A stretch of DNA of 64,000 nt from an uncultured Armatimonadetes bacterium (GTDB lineage: Bacteria > Armatimonadota > Hebobacteria > Hebobacterales > Hebobacteraceae): the NCBI GenBank assembly GCA_963716175.1, contig OY970296.1:448001-512000 (forward strand), read 5' to 3'. The position numbers were made by a program, and so were the translations under genes. Each line of letters begins with the position of its first letter. Positions within the stretch are counted from its first letter, which is position 1. Below, piece after piece: positions 19,814-28,302 of this stretch. Below the pieces are notes generated by a model that saw only the letters and a program-made list of their open reading frames with translations, was not told where the DNA came from and did no database searches.

Positions 19814-20875
19814 ATGCGCGTTCTGGTTACTGGGATTGCAGGCTTCATCGGCAGCCACGTGGCCGAGGGACTGGTCGCGGCCGGACACGAGGTGGTGGGG
19901 ATAGACGATCTCGCCGGCGGGTTCAAGCGCAACGTGCCCGCCCAGGCGAAGTTCCTCCGGCTCGATCTGCGCGATGCCGCTGAGACCGAGCGCGTGGTGA
20001 GCGAGCATCCGGCGGACGTGCTCTGTCACCTGGCCGCCAATGCCCGCGAGGGCGCCTCTCAGTTCCAGCCCCGGGATGTCTGCGGCCGGAACCTGATGGC
20101 CTACGTCAATGTGCTGGTGCCGGCCATGCGCGGCGGAATGAAGAAGGTGGTGCTCTACAGCTCGATGGCGGTCTACGGCGATCAGCAGGCGCCCTTTGAT
20201 GAGACTATGCCGCGCCAGCCGGTGGACATCTACGGGGTGAACAAGGCGGCAATGGAGGAGATCACCGGGATTCTGGCGGAGGTGCACGATTTCTCCTATA
20301 CCATCATCCGCCCACACAACGTCTTCGGCGAGCGGCAGAGCCTGCGAGATCGCTTCCGTAATGTGGTGGCCATCTTCATGAATCGCATCATGCGGGGCGA
20401 ACCGCTGTATATCTATGGAGACGGAGAGCAGACCCGGGCTTTTAGCTACATCGCGGACTCCCTGCCCGCCTTCCTGGCCGCGGTCGAGCTGCGGCCCGAG
20501 CTCGACCGGCAGGCCATCAACGTGGGTGGGAGAAAGGCGGTGAGTGTCAACGACTTGGTGCGGCTCGTGTGCGCCGCCTTCGGGGCCAAACCGGAGGTGG
20601 TGCACCTGCCCGACCGGCCTCGGGAAGTGAGGAACGCCTACTGCACCTGGCAGAAGTCCGAGGCGCTGCTGAACTACCAGGAGCACTACGATCTGGAGCA
20701 GGCGATTGGCCGCATGGCGCAGTGGGCCAGGATGATAGGGCCACAGCCCTGGAGCGAAGAGGAGCTGGAGCTGCCCAGCGCGAAGGCGCCTGTCATCTGG
20801 ATGAGCGACGACCCGCCAGGCGAGATCACCAGCAGGCCCGCCACGCCGCCGGCGGGCAAGCCCGATAGCCCGTGA
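19814..20875 (+). CDS. NAD-dependent nucleotide-sugar epimerase/dehydratase
   Basis: GIAGFIG, SSMAVYG, YGVNK, GDGEQTRAFSY. Confidence 0.93.
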   Translation: MRVLVTGIAGFIGSHVAEGLVAAGHEVVGIDDLAGGFKRNVPAQAKFLRLDLRDAAETERVVSEHPADVLCHLAANAREGASQFQPRDVCGRNLMAYVNVLVPAMRGGMKKVVLYSSMAVYGDQQAPFDETMPRQPVDIYGVNKAAMEEITGILAEVHDFSYTIIRPHNVFGERQSLRDRFRNVVAIFMNRIMRGEPLYIYGDGEQTRAFSYIADSLPAFLAAVELRPELDRQAINVGGRKAVSVNDLVRLVCAAFGAKPEVVHLPDRPREVRNAYCTWQKSEALLNYQEHYDLEQAIGRMAQWARMIGPQPWSEEELELPSAKAPVIWMSDDPPGEITSRPATPPAGKPDSP

Positions 20876-23805
20876 GCGCTCCCCGTGCCAGCCTGATCAT
20901 CTCCACCTGGAATGGCCGACACCTGTTGGAGACGTGTCTGCCGCGGGTGCTGCGCGCGGTAGAGCAGGCGGGTGGCGACCACGAAGTGATCGTGGTGGAC
21001 GACGCCAGCTCCAATGACACGGTGGAGTTCGTCCGGCGCGAGTTCCCCCAGGTCCGGCTGTTGGCCCTGCGGCGCAACCTACGATTCGCGGGGGCGAACA
21101 ACGCCGCCGCCCGGGCCGCCAGGGGCGAGGTCCTGGTCTTCCTGAACAACGACATGCTGGTCGAGCCGGACTGCCTGGAACCCTTGCTGCGCCACTTCCA
21201 GGATCTCACCGTGTTCGCGGTCACCGCCCAGATCGAGATGACGCCGCGGCGAGTGGCCGGGGAGGTGATCCGGGAGACGGGACTGGTGAGGGCGAGATTC
21301 GAGGACGGGCTGTTCGTGCTGCAGCACGAGGACGCGACCTCGCAGGAGCCGGTGCGCGTGATCTACGCGGGGGGCGGCTCCAGCGCCTGGCGGCGGGAGG
21401 TCTTCTTCGGACTCGGCGCATTCGGCCGCCTCTTTCGGCCTTTCTACTTCGAGGATCTCGATCTCTCCTACCGGGCCCAGAAGGCGGGGTGGAAAGTGCT
21501 CTTCGAGCCCGCCAGCCGCATGACCCACCAGCACAGACAGACCAATGCCCCGCGGAACTTCCCCGGCGGCTACGTGGACTTGATCTTCGGCAAGAATGGC
21601 CTGCTCTTCACGTGGAAGGCACTCACCGATCCTGACCTGCTGAGCGCTCATTTCCGGGGGCTCTGGCGCAGGCTGATGCGCTCCCGCGCACACCCGCGGC
21701 TGGGGGCCTGCTTCCTGCGCGCGGCGGCCCAGTTGCCCGAGCTATTAGTGAAACGCCAGCAGGCACGAGCGCAGATGGCGCTCTCCGACAAGGAGGTGCT
21801 GCGGCTGGGCGCCAGCCCCCCGCCGCCGGAGGCGGCCGACGGCGGCGAGCTGCCATATGGCTCTGACGGCACCGGCAAGCGCCTGCTGGTGATCGGGTTC
21901 TCGCCCCTGCCCTTCGAGCCCGAGCTCCGGCTGGGTGCGCTCTGCTTCCGCACCTGGCATCTGGCGCAGGCGTTACTGGCAGAAGGGCACGAGGTGACGG
22001 TGGTGGGAGTTCGGATGGCCGCGGCTTACCGGGAAGAGGCGCAGCGTCCCTCGGTGCTGCGGTTCCGGGGCCGGCACTTCACCTACTACTCGGCCACGCA
22101 CGCCGCCTTTGAGCCCTCCCCGCGGCCGGCGGGCAAGGGCAGTGACCTGCTCTCGCGCATCTGCGACCAGTGGCAGCCTGATGGGATCGTCGCCGTCCAC
22201 GCCTACGGGGCCTGGGCGGCCTCGCGGCTCAAGACCGGGGCGCCGCTGTGGGCCGACCTGACCGGCTACGCGATGGCGGAAGCCCAGGCGCGCGCGGGCC
22301 TGGAGGGCAGCGACGCTCCCATGGCCGAGGCCTGGCAGCAGGAGCGGGCCGCCCTGGCGCGGGCCGACGTGTTCTCTGTGGTCACGCAGCGCCAGAAGTA
22401 CGCGCTGATCGGCGAGCTCTTCGCCATCGGGCGACTGGGAGCCGCGAACTGCGGCGAAGACCGTGTCCATGATATTCCGCTCGCCATCGAGAACCTGCCC
22501 TATCGTCATCGGCAGGTGGTGCTGCGAGGGAAGCTGGTGGGAGAGGACGACTTCGTGATCCTGTGGGCCGGGGGCTACAACACCTGGACGGATGTAGACA
22601 CGCTCTTCCAGGGGCTGACCGCGGCGATGCGGCAGCATCCTGGCATCAGGTTCGTTTCCCTGGGGGGCGCGCTGCCGGGTCGGGATGAGCAGACCTTCTA
22701 TCGCTTTCGCCAGCAGGTCGAGGAAAGCGAGCTGAGCGGCCGCTTCGTCTTCACCGGCTGGGTGCCCAACGAGGAGGTGCCCAACTACTACTTCGAGAGT
22801 GATGTCGGGATCAACATTGATCGCTTCAGCTACGAGATGCTGATCGGGTGCCGCTACCGCATCCTCGACATGCTGCGCGCCGGGCTGCCGGTGATCACCA
22901 CCCTGGGCACCGAGATCAGTCACATCGTGCGCGAGGAGCGGCTGGGTCTGACCTTTGCACCAGGAGACGCGCAAGGCCTGAAAGAGGCCATCCTGACACT
23001 GGCGCGAGACGAGGCGCTGCGGCGGCGCTGCGCCTACCGCGCCAAGGAGCATGTTTTCAGGCACCGCACGGTGGACCAGGTGATGGGGCCTCTGCGGCAA
23101 TGGGCGCAGGCACCGGAGCGGTCCGCGGATCGGATGCCTGTTGCGGCCGAGGCGGCGGGCGACGAGGCCCCGCGCTCTCTCCGCCTGCGAGAGCTGGCGC
23201 GATCAGTCACCGCCGGGCTGGCCGATATCGCGGCCCAGGCCTGGGTTCGGCGGCGCGGTACGCACGCCTGGGGGCTGGACCCGCGAGAGCCCCCACACGC
23301 GGTGCTGGTGATCCGGGCCGGGTCTCTCCTCCTGGTCCGGGAAGTGGTGGCGCGCCTCCGCGCACGCTACCCCGCAGCCGCGACCACGGTGCTGGCTCCC
23401 GAGGCCCTGACTGCGGAGACCGCCTACGAGACCGGTGCCCGCGTGATCTCCGCGCCCGGCGCGGGGATGGTGAGCTATCGGGTCAGCAGGGCCGCCATCG
23501 GCCGGGTGCGGCAAGGAAGGTTCGACACCGTGGTGGTGGCCGGCGAGGGCAACCGGAGAGCCGAGCTGCTCGCGCTGCTCGCGGGTCCCGCGCGGCGAGT
23601 CGAGGTGCGAGACGATGGCGCCGCCCATGTCTTCTCGTTCGCCGCTTACAAGCCACTCGTCGTGCTGGCCATAGCCATCGCCAGCCTGCTGGAGAAGATC
23701 ACGCTCACCGCGCTGGTGGGCCTGGTATGGGGAAGCATCCAACTGGAAGGGCGGCTGTGGAGGTTCCGCCAGCGGCGGGGCGCATCCACGCGCGCCACGC
23801 GGTGA
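20872..23805 (+). CDS. Multidomain GT2 + GT4 + GT9-like half-domain/TM protein (977 aa)
   Basis: GT2 IISTWNG, VVDDAS, FLNND, YFEDLDLSYRA; GT4-like RYRILDMLRAGLPVITT; C-terminal module from about 23290. Confidence 0.88.
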   Translation: MSAPRASLIISTWNGRHLLETCLPRVLRAVEQAGGDHEVIVVDDASSNDTVEFVRREFPQVRLLALRRNLRFAGANNAAARAARGEVLVFLNNDMLVEPDCLEPLLRHFQDLTVFAVTAQIEMTPRRVAGEVIRETGLVRARFEDGLFVLQHEDATSQEPVRVIYAGGGSSAWRREVFFGLGAFGRLFRPFYFEDLDLSYRAQKAGWKVLFEPASRMTHQHRQTNAPRNFPGGYVDLIFGKNGLLFTWKALTDPDLLSAHFRGLWRRLMRSRAHPRLGACFLRAAAQLPELLVKRQQARAQMALSDKEVLRLGASPPPPEAADGGELPYGSDGTGKRLLVIGFSPLPFEPELRLGALCFRTWHLAQALLAEGHEVTVVGVRMAAAYREEAQRPSVLRFRGRHFTYYSATHAAFEPSPRPAGKGSDLLSRICDQWQPDGIVAVHAYGAWAASRLKTGAPLWADLTGYAMAEAQARAGLEGSDAPMAEAWQQERAALARADVFSVVTQRQKYALIGELFAIGRLGAANCGEDRVHDIPLAIENLPYRHRQVVLRGKLVGEDDFVILWAGGYNTWTDVDTLFQGLTAAMRQHPGIRFVSLGGALPGRDEQTFYRFRQQVEESELSGRFVFTGWVPNEEVPNYYFESDVGINIDRFSYEMLIGCRYRILDMLRAGLPVITTLGTEISHIVREERLGLTFAPGDAQGLKEAILTLARDEALRRRCAYRAKEHVFRHRTVDQVMGPLRQWAQAPERSADRMPVAAEAAGDEAPRSLRLRELARSVTAGLADIAAQAWVRRRGTHAWGLDPREPPHAVLVIRAGSLLLVREVVARLRARYPAAATTVLAPEALTAETAYETGARVISAPGAGMVSYRVSRAAIGRVRQGRFDTVVVAGEGNRRAELLALLAGPARRVEVRDDGAAHVFSFAAYKPLVVLAIAIASLLEKITLTALVGLVWGSIQLEGRLWRFRQRRGASTRATR

Positions 23806-23817
23806 GGACGGAGACCG

Positions 23818-24453
23818 ATGGCGCGGCCCGCGGTGTTTCTCGATCGCGACGGCACCGTGCTGCGCGAGCGCGATTACCTGACATCCGCGCACGAGATGCG
23901 GCTGCTGCCAGGGGCAGGAGCTGCGATCCGCCGGCTGAATGAGGCCGGCTTTGCGGTGGTGGTGATCACGAACCAGTCGGGGATCGCGCGGGGTCTGCTG
24001 AGCGAGCGCGACCTCGACCACATGCACCAGGTCCTGCGCCGGCGACTCGCGCGCTCGGGTGCACAGCTCGACGGCATTTACTACTGCCCCCATCATCCCG
24101 AGGCGCCGCTCCGGCGGTATCGCCGCCGCTGCGGCTGCCGCAAACCGGCGCCCGGCCTGCTACGCCGGGCAGCGCGGGAGCTGAACCTCGATCTCCCACG
24201 CTCCTTCGCCATCGGCGACAGCCCACGCGACCTGGAGGCAGGGCGGCGCGCCGGTTGCCGCGCGATCCTGGTGCGCACGGGCTATGGCATGCTCACCGAG
24301 ACCACCGTGAATGCCAGGGCCTTCGACCACGTGGCGGACGACCTGCCCGCGGCCGTCACTTGGGTACTGGCGCAGAGGCGGCGGGCATGCAGAGACATGC
24401 CCACCCTACAGGAGAGGCAAAGGCGCACACAGGCCCCATGCAAGCGACCCTGA
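23818..24453 (+). CDS. gmhB: D,D-heptose 1,7-bisphosphate phosphatase-like HAD IIIA protein
   Basis: FLDRDGT, ITNQSGIARG, YCPHHP...CGCRKP, IGDSPRD. Confidence 0.88.
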   Translation: MARPAVFLDRDGTVLRERDYLTSAHEMRLLPGAGAAIRRLNEAGFAVVVITNQSGIARGLLSERDLDHMHQVLRRRLARSGAQLDGIYYCPHHPEAPLRRYRRRCGCRKPAPGLLRRAARELNLDLPRSFAIGDSPRDLEAGRRAGCRAILVRTGYGMLTETTVNARAFDHVADDLPAAVTWVLAQRRRACRDMPTLQERQRRTQAPCKRP

Positions 24454-25379
24454 TCGTGGTCAACTACAATGGGCGGGAGCTGCTGGTGAAATCCGTGCCC
24501 GCGGCCCTCGAGGCCGCGCGCCAGGCCGGCGGTCACCGCGTCGTGGTGGCCAATGACGGCAGCACGGATGACAGCCTCCACTATCTGCCTACCACTCACC
24601 CGGAGGTGGATGTGCTCGCCCTTCCCCACCGCGGCTTCGGCGCCACCTGCAACGCGGCCGTGGCGGCCGCGCAGACAGATGCCGTCCTGCTGCTGAACAG
24701 CGATGTCGTGGTCGCCCCGGATTTCCTGCCGCCCCTGCTTGAGGACCTGACGGGGCGTGATGTCTTCGCGGTCGGAGGCAAGTTCCTCAATCCGGATGGC
24801 TCGTTGACCGACGCCCTGGGCAATCGCACCTCGTGCCAGTGGCGCCGCGGCCTGCCCTACATCCACCACGAGACCGACCCCGCGCTGCTCGCAGCAACTT
24901 GTCCCCAGCTCTATGCCAATGGCGCCATGATGGCCTTCTGGCGAGATAAGTGGCTCGCGCTCGGCGGCTTCGATCCCCTCTATCGGCCGTTCTACTGGGA
25001 GGATGCCGATCTGGGCTATCGCGCCTGGGGACGTGGCTGGCGCGTGCTCTACGAACCGGCGAGCGTGGTCTTCCATGCCCAGGGCAGCACCATGAGGCGG
25101 ACTCACCAGGTTCGCCACATCGAGCTGATGTCCGCCAAGAACGCCATCCTCTTCACCTGGAAGAATCTGCTCGATCCCGGCTTGCTGCGGCGCGCCCTGG
25201 CCGCTCAGGCCCGGTGGGCCGCGGATGACGTGCTGATCGGAGGCCTGCCGCCCCGCACCCGCGCTTTGCTGTGCGCCTCGCGCCAGCTCGCCGAGGCGGC
25301 CCGGGGCCGGGCCCGGGAAGCCCGCGAGCGCAGGCGCGCCGATTGGGAAATCCTGGCTGCCAGCGGAGCTGATCGGTGA
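24438..25379 (+). CDS. GT2 glycosyltransferase
   Basis: IVVNYNG, NDGSTD, LLNSD, YWEDADLGYRA. Confidence 0.9.
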   Translation: MQATLIVVNYNGRELLVKSVPAALEAARQAGGHRVVVANDGSTDDSLHYLPTTHPEVDVLALPHRGFGATCNAAVAAAQTDAVLLLNSDVVVAPDFLPPLLEDLTGRDVFAVGGKFLNPDGSLTDALGNRTSCQWRRGLPYIHHETDPALLAATCPQLYANGAMMAFWRDKWLALGGFDPLYRPFYWEDADLGYRAWGRGWRVLYEPASVVFHAQGSTMRRTHQVRHIELMSAKNAILFTWKNLLDPGLLRRALAAQARWAADDVLIGGLPPRTRALLCASRQLAEAARGRAREARERRRADWEILAASGADR

Positions 25380-25885
25380 ACGCGCGGGGGCCCACGATAC
25401 TGCTCTTGACGTTCGCGCGGCAGGGCGAGGAGGGTGCCATCCGGGGAGCGTTGGCATGGCTCAGCCAGCAAGCGCCCGGGGCCGAGTTCGTCGCGGTCGG
25501 GACTCCCGTGTCCGCTCCTGTTCTCAACCGCCTCGGCCTGACAGATGTGATCATCTTCGGGGACGGGGCCTCCACGCGGCAAGTGGTGGGAGAGGCAAGG
25601 GCGCGGCGGCCCAAGATCACCGCCATTGTCTACGGCGGCCCTGGCAGCAGCGCCCATCTCAAGCTGGAGCTGGTGGCCCTGGGCGCGGCCGCGCCGGTCA
25701 CCTATCGGTTCGTGCCCGACACACCGCCGCGGCCAATCGGCAGATGGGCGCTGCTCGCGTCGGTCGCGACCAAAGCGCTGTCGGCGGCAGGCCGCCTGGT
25801 CGTGGGGTGCGTGATCTGCGGGATCGCGCTCTGCCGGCTGCGCCTGGCGCAGCTCCTGACGGGAGGGCAGCATGCGCGTGGCTAG
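25376..25885 (+). CDS. Stand-alone GT9-like half-domain protein with C-terminal hydrophobic helix
   Basis: GTGA overlap with the upstream gene and overlap with the downstream gene; similar to the four fused modules in the operon. Confidence 0.7.
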   Translation: MNARGPTILLLTFARQGEEGAIRGALAWLSQQAPGAEFVAVGTPVSAPVLNRLGLTDVIIFGDGASTRQVVGEARARRPKITAIVYGGPGSSAHLKLELVALGAAAPVTYRFVPDTPPRPIGRWALLASVATKALSAAGRLVVGCVICGIALCRLRLAQLLTGGQHARG

Positions 25886-27035
25886 GTCTTGCCGCCACGG
25901 CGGCCCGAAGGGCCTAGCCGTCGGCCTTGATGCCCGCACCCTGGCCTCCGAGGTGCACTCCGGGGTAGAAGAGTACGTGATCAACCTGGTGAGCGCGCTG
26001 TCGCGCCTGACCGAGGCCCCGGAGATCATCGCCTATGTTGACCGCCCGATCCCTGACCCCGAGACTGCGGAGGCCGCTTCCTCCGGACCGCTGCGAACCA
26101 GCATCGTGCGGGCCCGCCGCGGCTGGCTGCGAGCCGCTCTCCCCTGGCGGCTATGGCGAGACCGGGTGAACCTGGTGCACCTCCCCAGCACCATCCTGCC
26201 GCCGCTCCTTCCCTGTCCGGCCGTGGTGACAGTCCACGATCTGGCCTGGGTGCGATACCCAGAGACCTATGAACCCAAAGACCTGGTGATGCAGCGACGG
26301 GCGGTAGCCGGGGCCGCGGCGCGGGCCGGTCACATCATCGCGGTCTCGGACGCCACCGCGCGCGATCTGCGCCAGCACTATCCGCGGTCCGGGGACAGAG
26401 TCTCGGTCATCCCTCTCGGCGTCTCGCCCCGATTCTCGCCAGACGGGCCGCGGCTGAGCACCGCAGCCTTCCCGGGCGCGGAGCGGCTCACCCGCGGCTA
26501 TGTCCTCTACGCCGGCGGGCTGCAGCCCAGGAAGAATGTCCTGCGTCTCCTGGTGGCCTACGAGAAGGTGCTGGCCGAGACGTCGGCGCCGCCGCTAGTG
26601 CTGGCCGGGGCCGTCTCCCCCCACGCGCACGAGCTGCGGCAGGCTTCCCAGAGGCTCGGGATCGAGCGCCACGTGGTCTTCCCGGGCTATGTGGCCCAGG
26701 ACCTGCTGCCGGCCCTCTACCGCAGCGCGACCGTGTTCGTCTATCCCTCGCTCTACGAGGGCTTTGGGCTCCCCGTGCTGGAGGCGATGGCCTGCGGCGT
26801 CCCGGTCGTCACCTCGAACGTGTCCGCCCTGCCCGAGGTGGCCGGGGAGGCGGCGCTGCTGGTGGACCCAGAGAGCGTGGAGCGGCTCTCGTGGGCGGTT
26901 TCGCTGCTGCTGGCGGACCAGGCGCTGCGCCAGACCCTGGGCCAGCGCGGCCCGGCGCGCGCCCGGCAGTTCACCTGGGAGCAGACCGCGCGCCAGACCG
27001 TGGGAGTCTACCAGCGGTTTGCGGCAGAAGAATAG
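25872..27035 (+). CDS. GT4 glycosyltransferase (mannosyltransferase-like)
   Basis: VVTVHDL, QPRKNV, PSLYEGFGLPVLEAMACGVPVVTS. Confidence 0.93.
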   Translation: MRVARSCRHGGPKGLAVGLDARTLASEVHSGVEEYVINLVSALSRLTEAPEIIAYVDRPIPDPETAEAASSGPLRTSIVRARRGWLRAALPWRLWRDRVNLVHLPSTILPPLLPCPAVVTVHDLAWVRYPETYEPKDLVMQRRAVAGAAARAGHIIAVSDATARDLRQHYPRSGDRVSVIPLGVSPRFSPDGPRLSTAAFPGAERLTRGYVLYAGGLQPRKNVLRLLVAYEKVLAETSAPPLVLAGAVSPHAHELRQASQRLGIERHVVFPGYVAQDLLPALYRSATVFVYPSLYEGFGLPVLEAMACGVPVVTSNVSALPEVAGEAALLVDPESVERLSWAVSLLLADQALRQTLGQRGPARARQFTWEQTARQTVGVYQRFAAEE

Positions 27036-27054
27036 GCGCGATCCGCGCTGGCTG

Positions 27055-27081
27055 TGAAACTTCCTGCCAGCCATTTCCGTA
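27055..27081 (+). promoter_or_regulatory. SigW-like ECF promoter, probably autoregulatory
   Basis: TGAAAC-N17-CGTA directly upstream of GGAGG RBS and ATG 27105 of the ECF sigma gene; matches the B. subtilis SigW-type consensus. Confidence 0.7.
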
Positions 27082-27104
27082 TCCCACAGTGGCGGAGGCC
27101 GTGG

Positions 27105-27674
27105 ATGAGTGGGACACAGGTCCCAGAGGATGAGGGACAGCTAATCCGGCTCTGCCGCGAGGGCGACCAAAGCGCCTTCGATAGCCTGGTTTCCCGCCAT
27201 TACCGCGGGATCTACAACATGACCTACCGCATGCTGGGAAATGCCGAAGATGCCTCGGACCTGACTCAGGAGACCTTCCTGAGGGCCTACACACGGTTGG
27301 AGACCTTCCAGCTGGGCCGCCCCTTCACCGCCTGGATCAGGCGGATCGCCACCAATCTCTGCATAGATCACCTGCGCCAGCGCGGTCAGCCCACCTTGTC
27401 CCTGGAGGAACGGCTGGAGTCGGGTGTGGAGGAGGCCGATAGCCGCCCGGAGGGCTCCCCGGTGGAGCGAATGGAGATGGCCGAGGATTCCCAGCGGGTG
27501 CTGGCAGCGGTGCAGCGGCTGCCGGCAAAGCAGCGGGCGGTGCTCGTCATGAGGCACATCGAAGGCATGACCCTGGAAGAGATCGCGGCCGCGCTGCGCT
27601 GGCCGCTGGGCACGGTGAAGGTGAACCTGTTCCGCGGCCGCCAGGCGGTCCGCGAGATGGTGGGTGAGCTATGA
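27105..27674 (+). CDS. ECF RNA polymerase sigma factor
   Basis: DASDLTQETFLRAY, FTAWIRRIATNLCIDHLR, EIAAALRWPLGTVKVNLFRGR. Confidence 0.95.
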   Translation: MSGTQVPEDEGQLIRLCREGDQSAFDSLVSRHYRGIYNMTYRMLGNAEDASDLTQETFLRAYTRLETFQLGRPFTAWIRRIATNLCIDHLRQRGQPTLSLEERLESGVEEADSRPEGSPVERMEMAEDSQRVLAAVQRLPAKQRAVLVMRHIEGMTLEEIAAALRWPLGTVKVNLFRGRQAVREMVGEL

Positions 27675-28288
27675 AGCGAAATGTGATGACTTGCTCCGCG
27701 GTGGCCGATCTGCTGGAAGCTTACTTCGAGCAGGTGCTTCCGGAGGGCAAGGCAGCGCTGGTGGCAGCCCATCTCCGGCAGTGCCGCGCCTGTTCCGGCA
27801 AGCTGGCCCAGATCGAGAAGATCACGGCGGCTCTGGCTGCGGTGCCGAGCAGCGAGCCGAGCGCAGACCTGGCGCGGTTGATCTCAGCTCGCGTGGCCGC
27901 GCTGCCGCCGGCCGCTCGACGTCGCTGGCTGGTGGTGGGATGGCGCCGCCTGGAGGTGCTGGCCGCAGCGTTCATGGTCTTCCTGGCGGCCTGGCGCTAT
28001 GCCCTGCCGCTGCTCCTCTCCGAAGAGGCAGGCCGACTCCGGATCATCATCTGGGCCAAGCATGCCACCGCTCAGTTGGCGATCTGGGCGACGGCCCTGG
28101 CCGAGCCCTGCCACCGCCTCTGGCTGGCGCTACGAGGAACGCCGGAGGCGCTGAGGCCGGTTGTCACTGCGGTCGCGCCGACGGTCGCGCTCTACGCGGC
28201 GGCCGAGGTCGTCATCATCGCCGCCGTCATCGTGATCGCTCATCGCACTCATCGCGCTCGTTTCGCTTCCGCAACCATCCTGCTGTGA
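27671..28288 (+). CDS. zf-HC2 anti-sigma factor with membrane helices
   Basis: ATGA overlap; C...HLRQCRAC; two or more hydrophobic segments. Confidence 0.88.
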   Translation: MKRNVMTCSAVADLLEAYFEQVLPEGKAALVAAHLRQCRACSGKLAQIEKITAALAAVPSSEPSADLARLISARVAALPPAARRRWLVVGWRRLEVLAAAFMVFLAAWRYALPLLLSEEAGRLRIIIWAKHATAQLAIWATALAEPCHRLWLALRGTPEALRPVVTAVAPTVALYAAAEVVIIAAVIVIAHRTHRARFASATILL

Positions 28289-28302
28289 AGGAGGAAGCTA
28301 CC

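Noticed and set aside
27054-27104. Longer ECF sigma start at GTG 27054
   Set aside because: It overlaps the SigW-like promoter; ATG 27105 has a GGAGG RBS.
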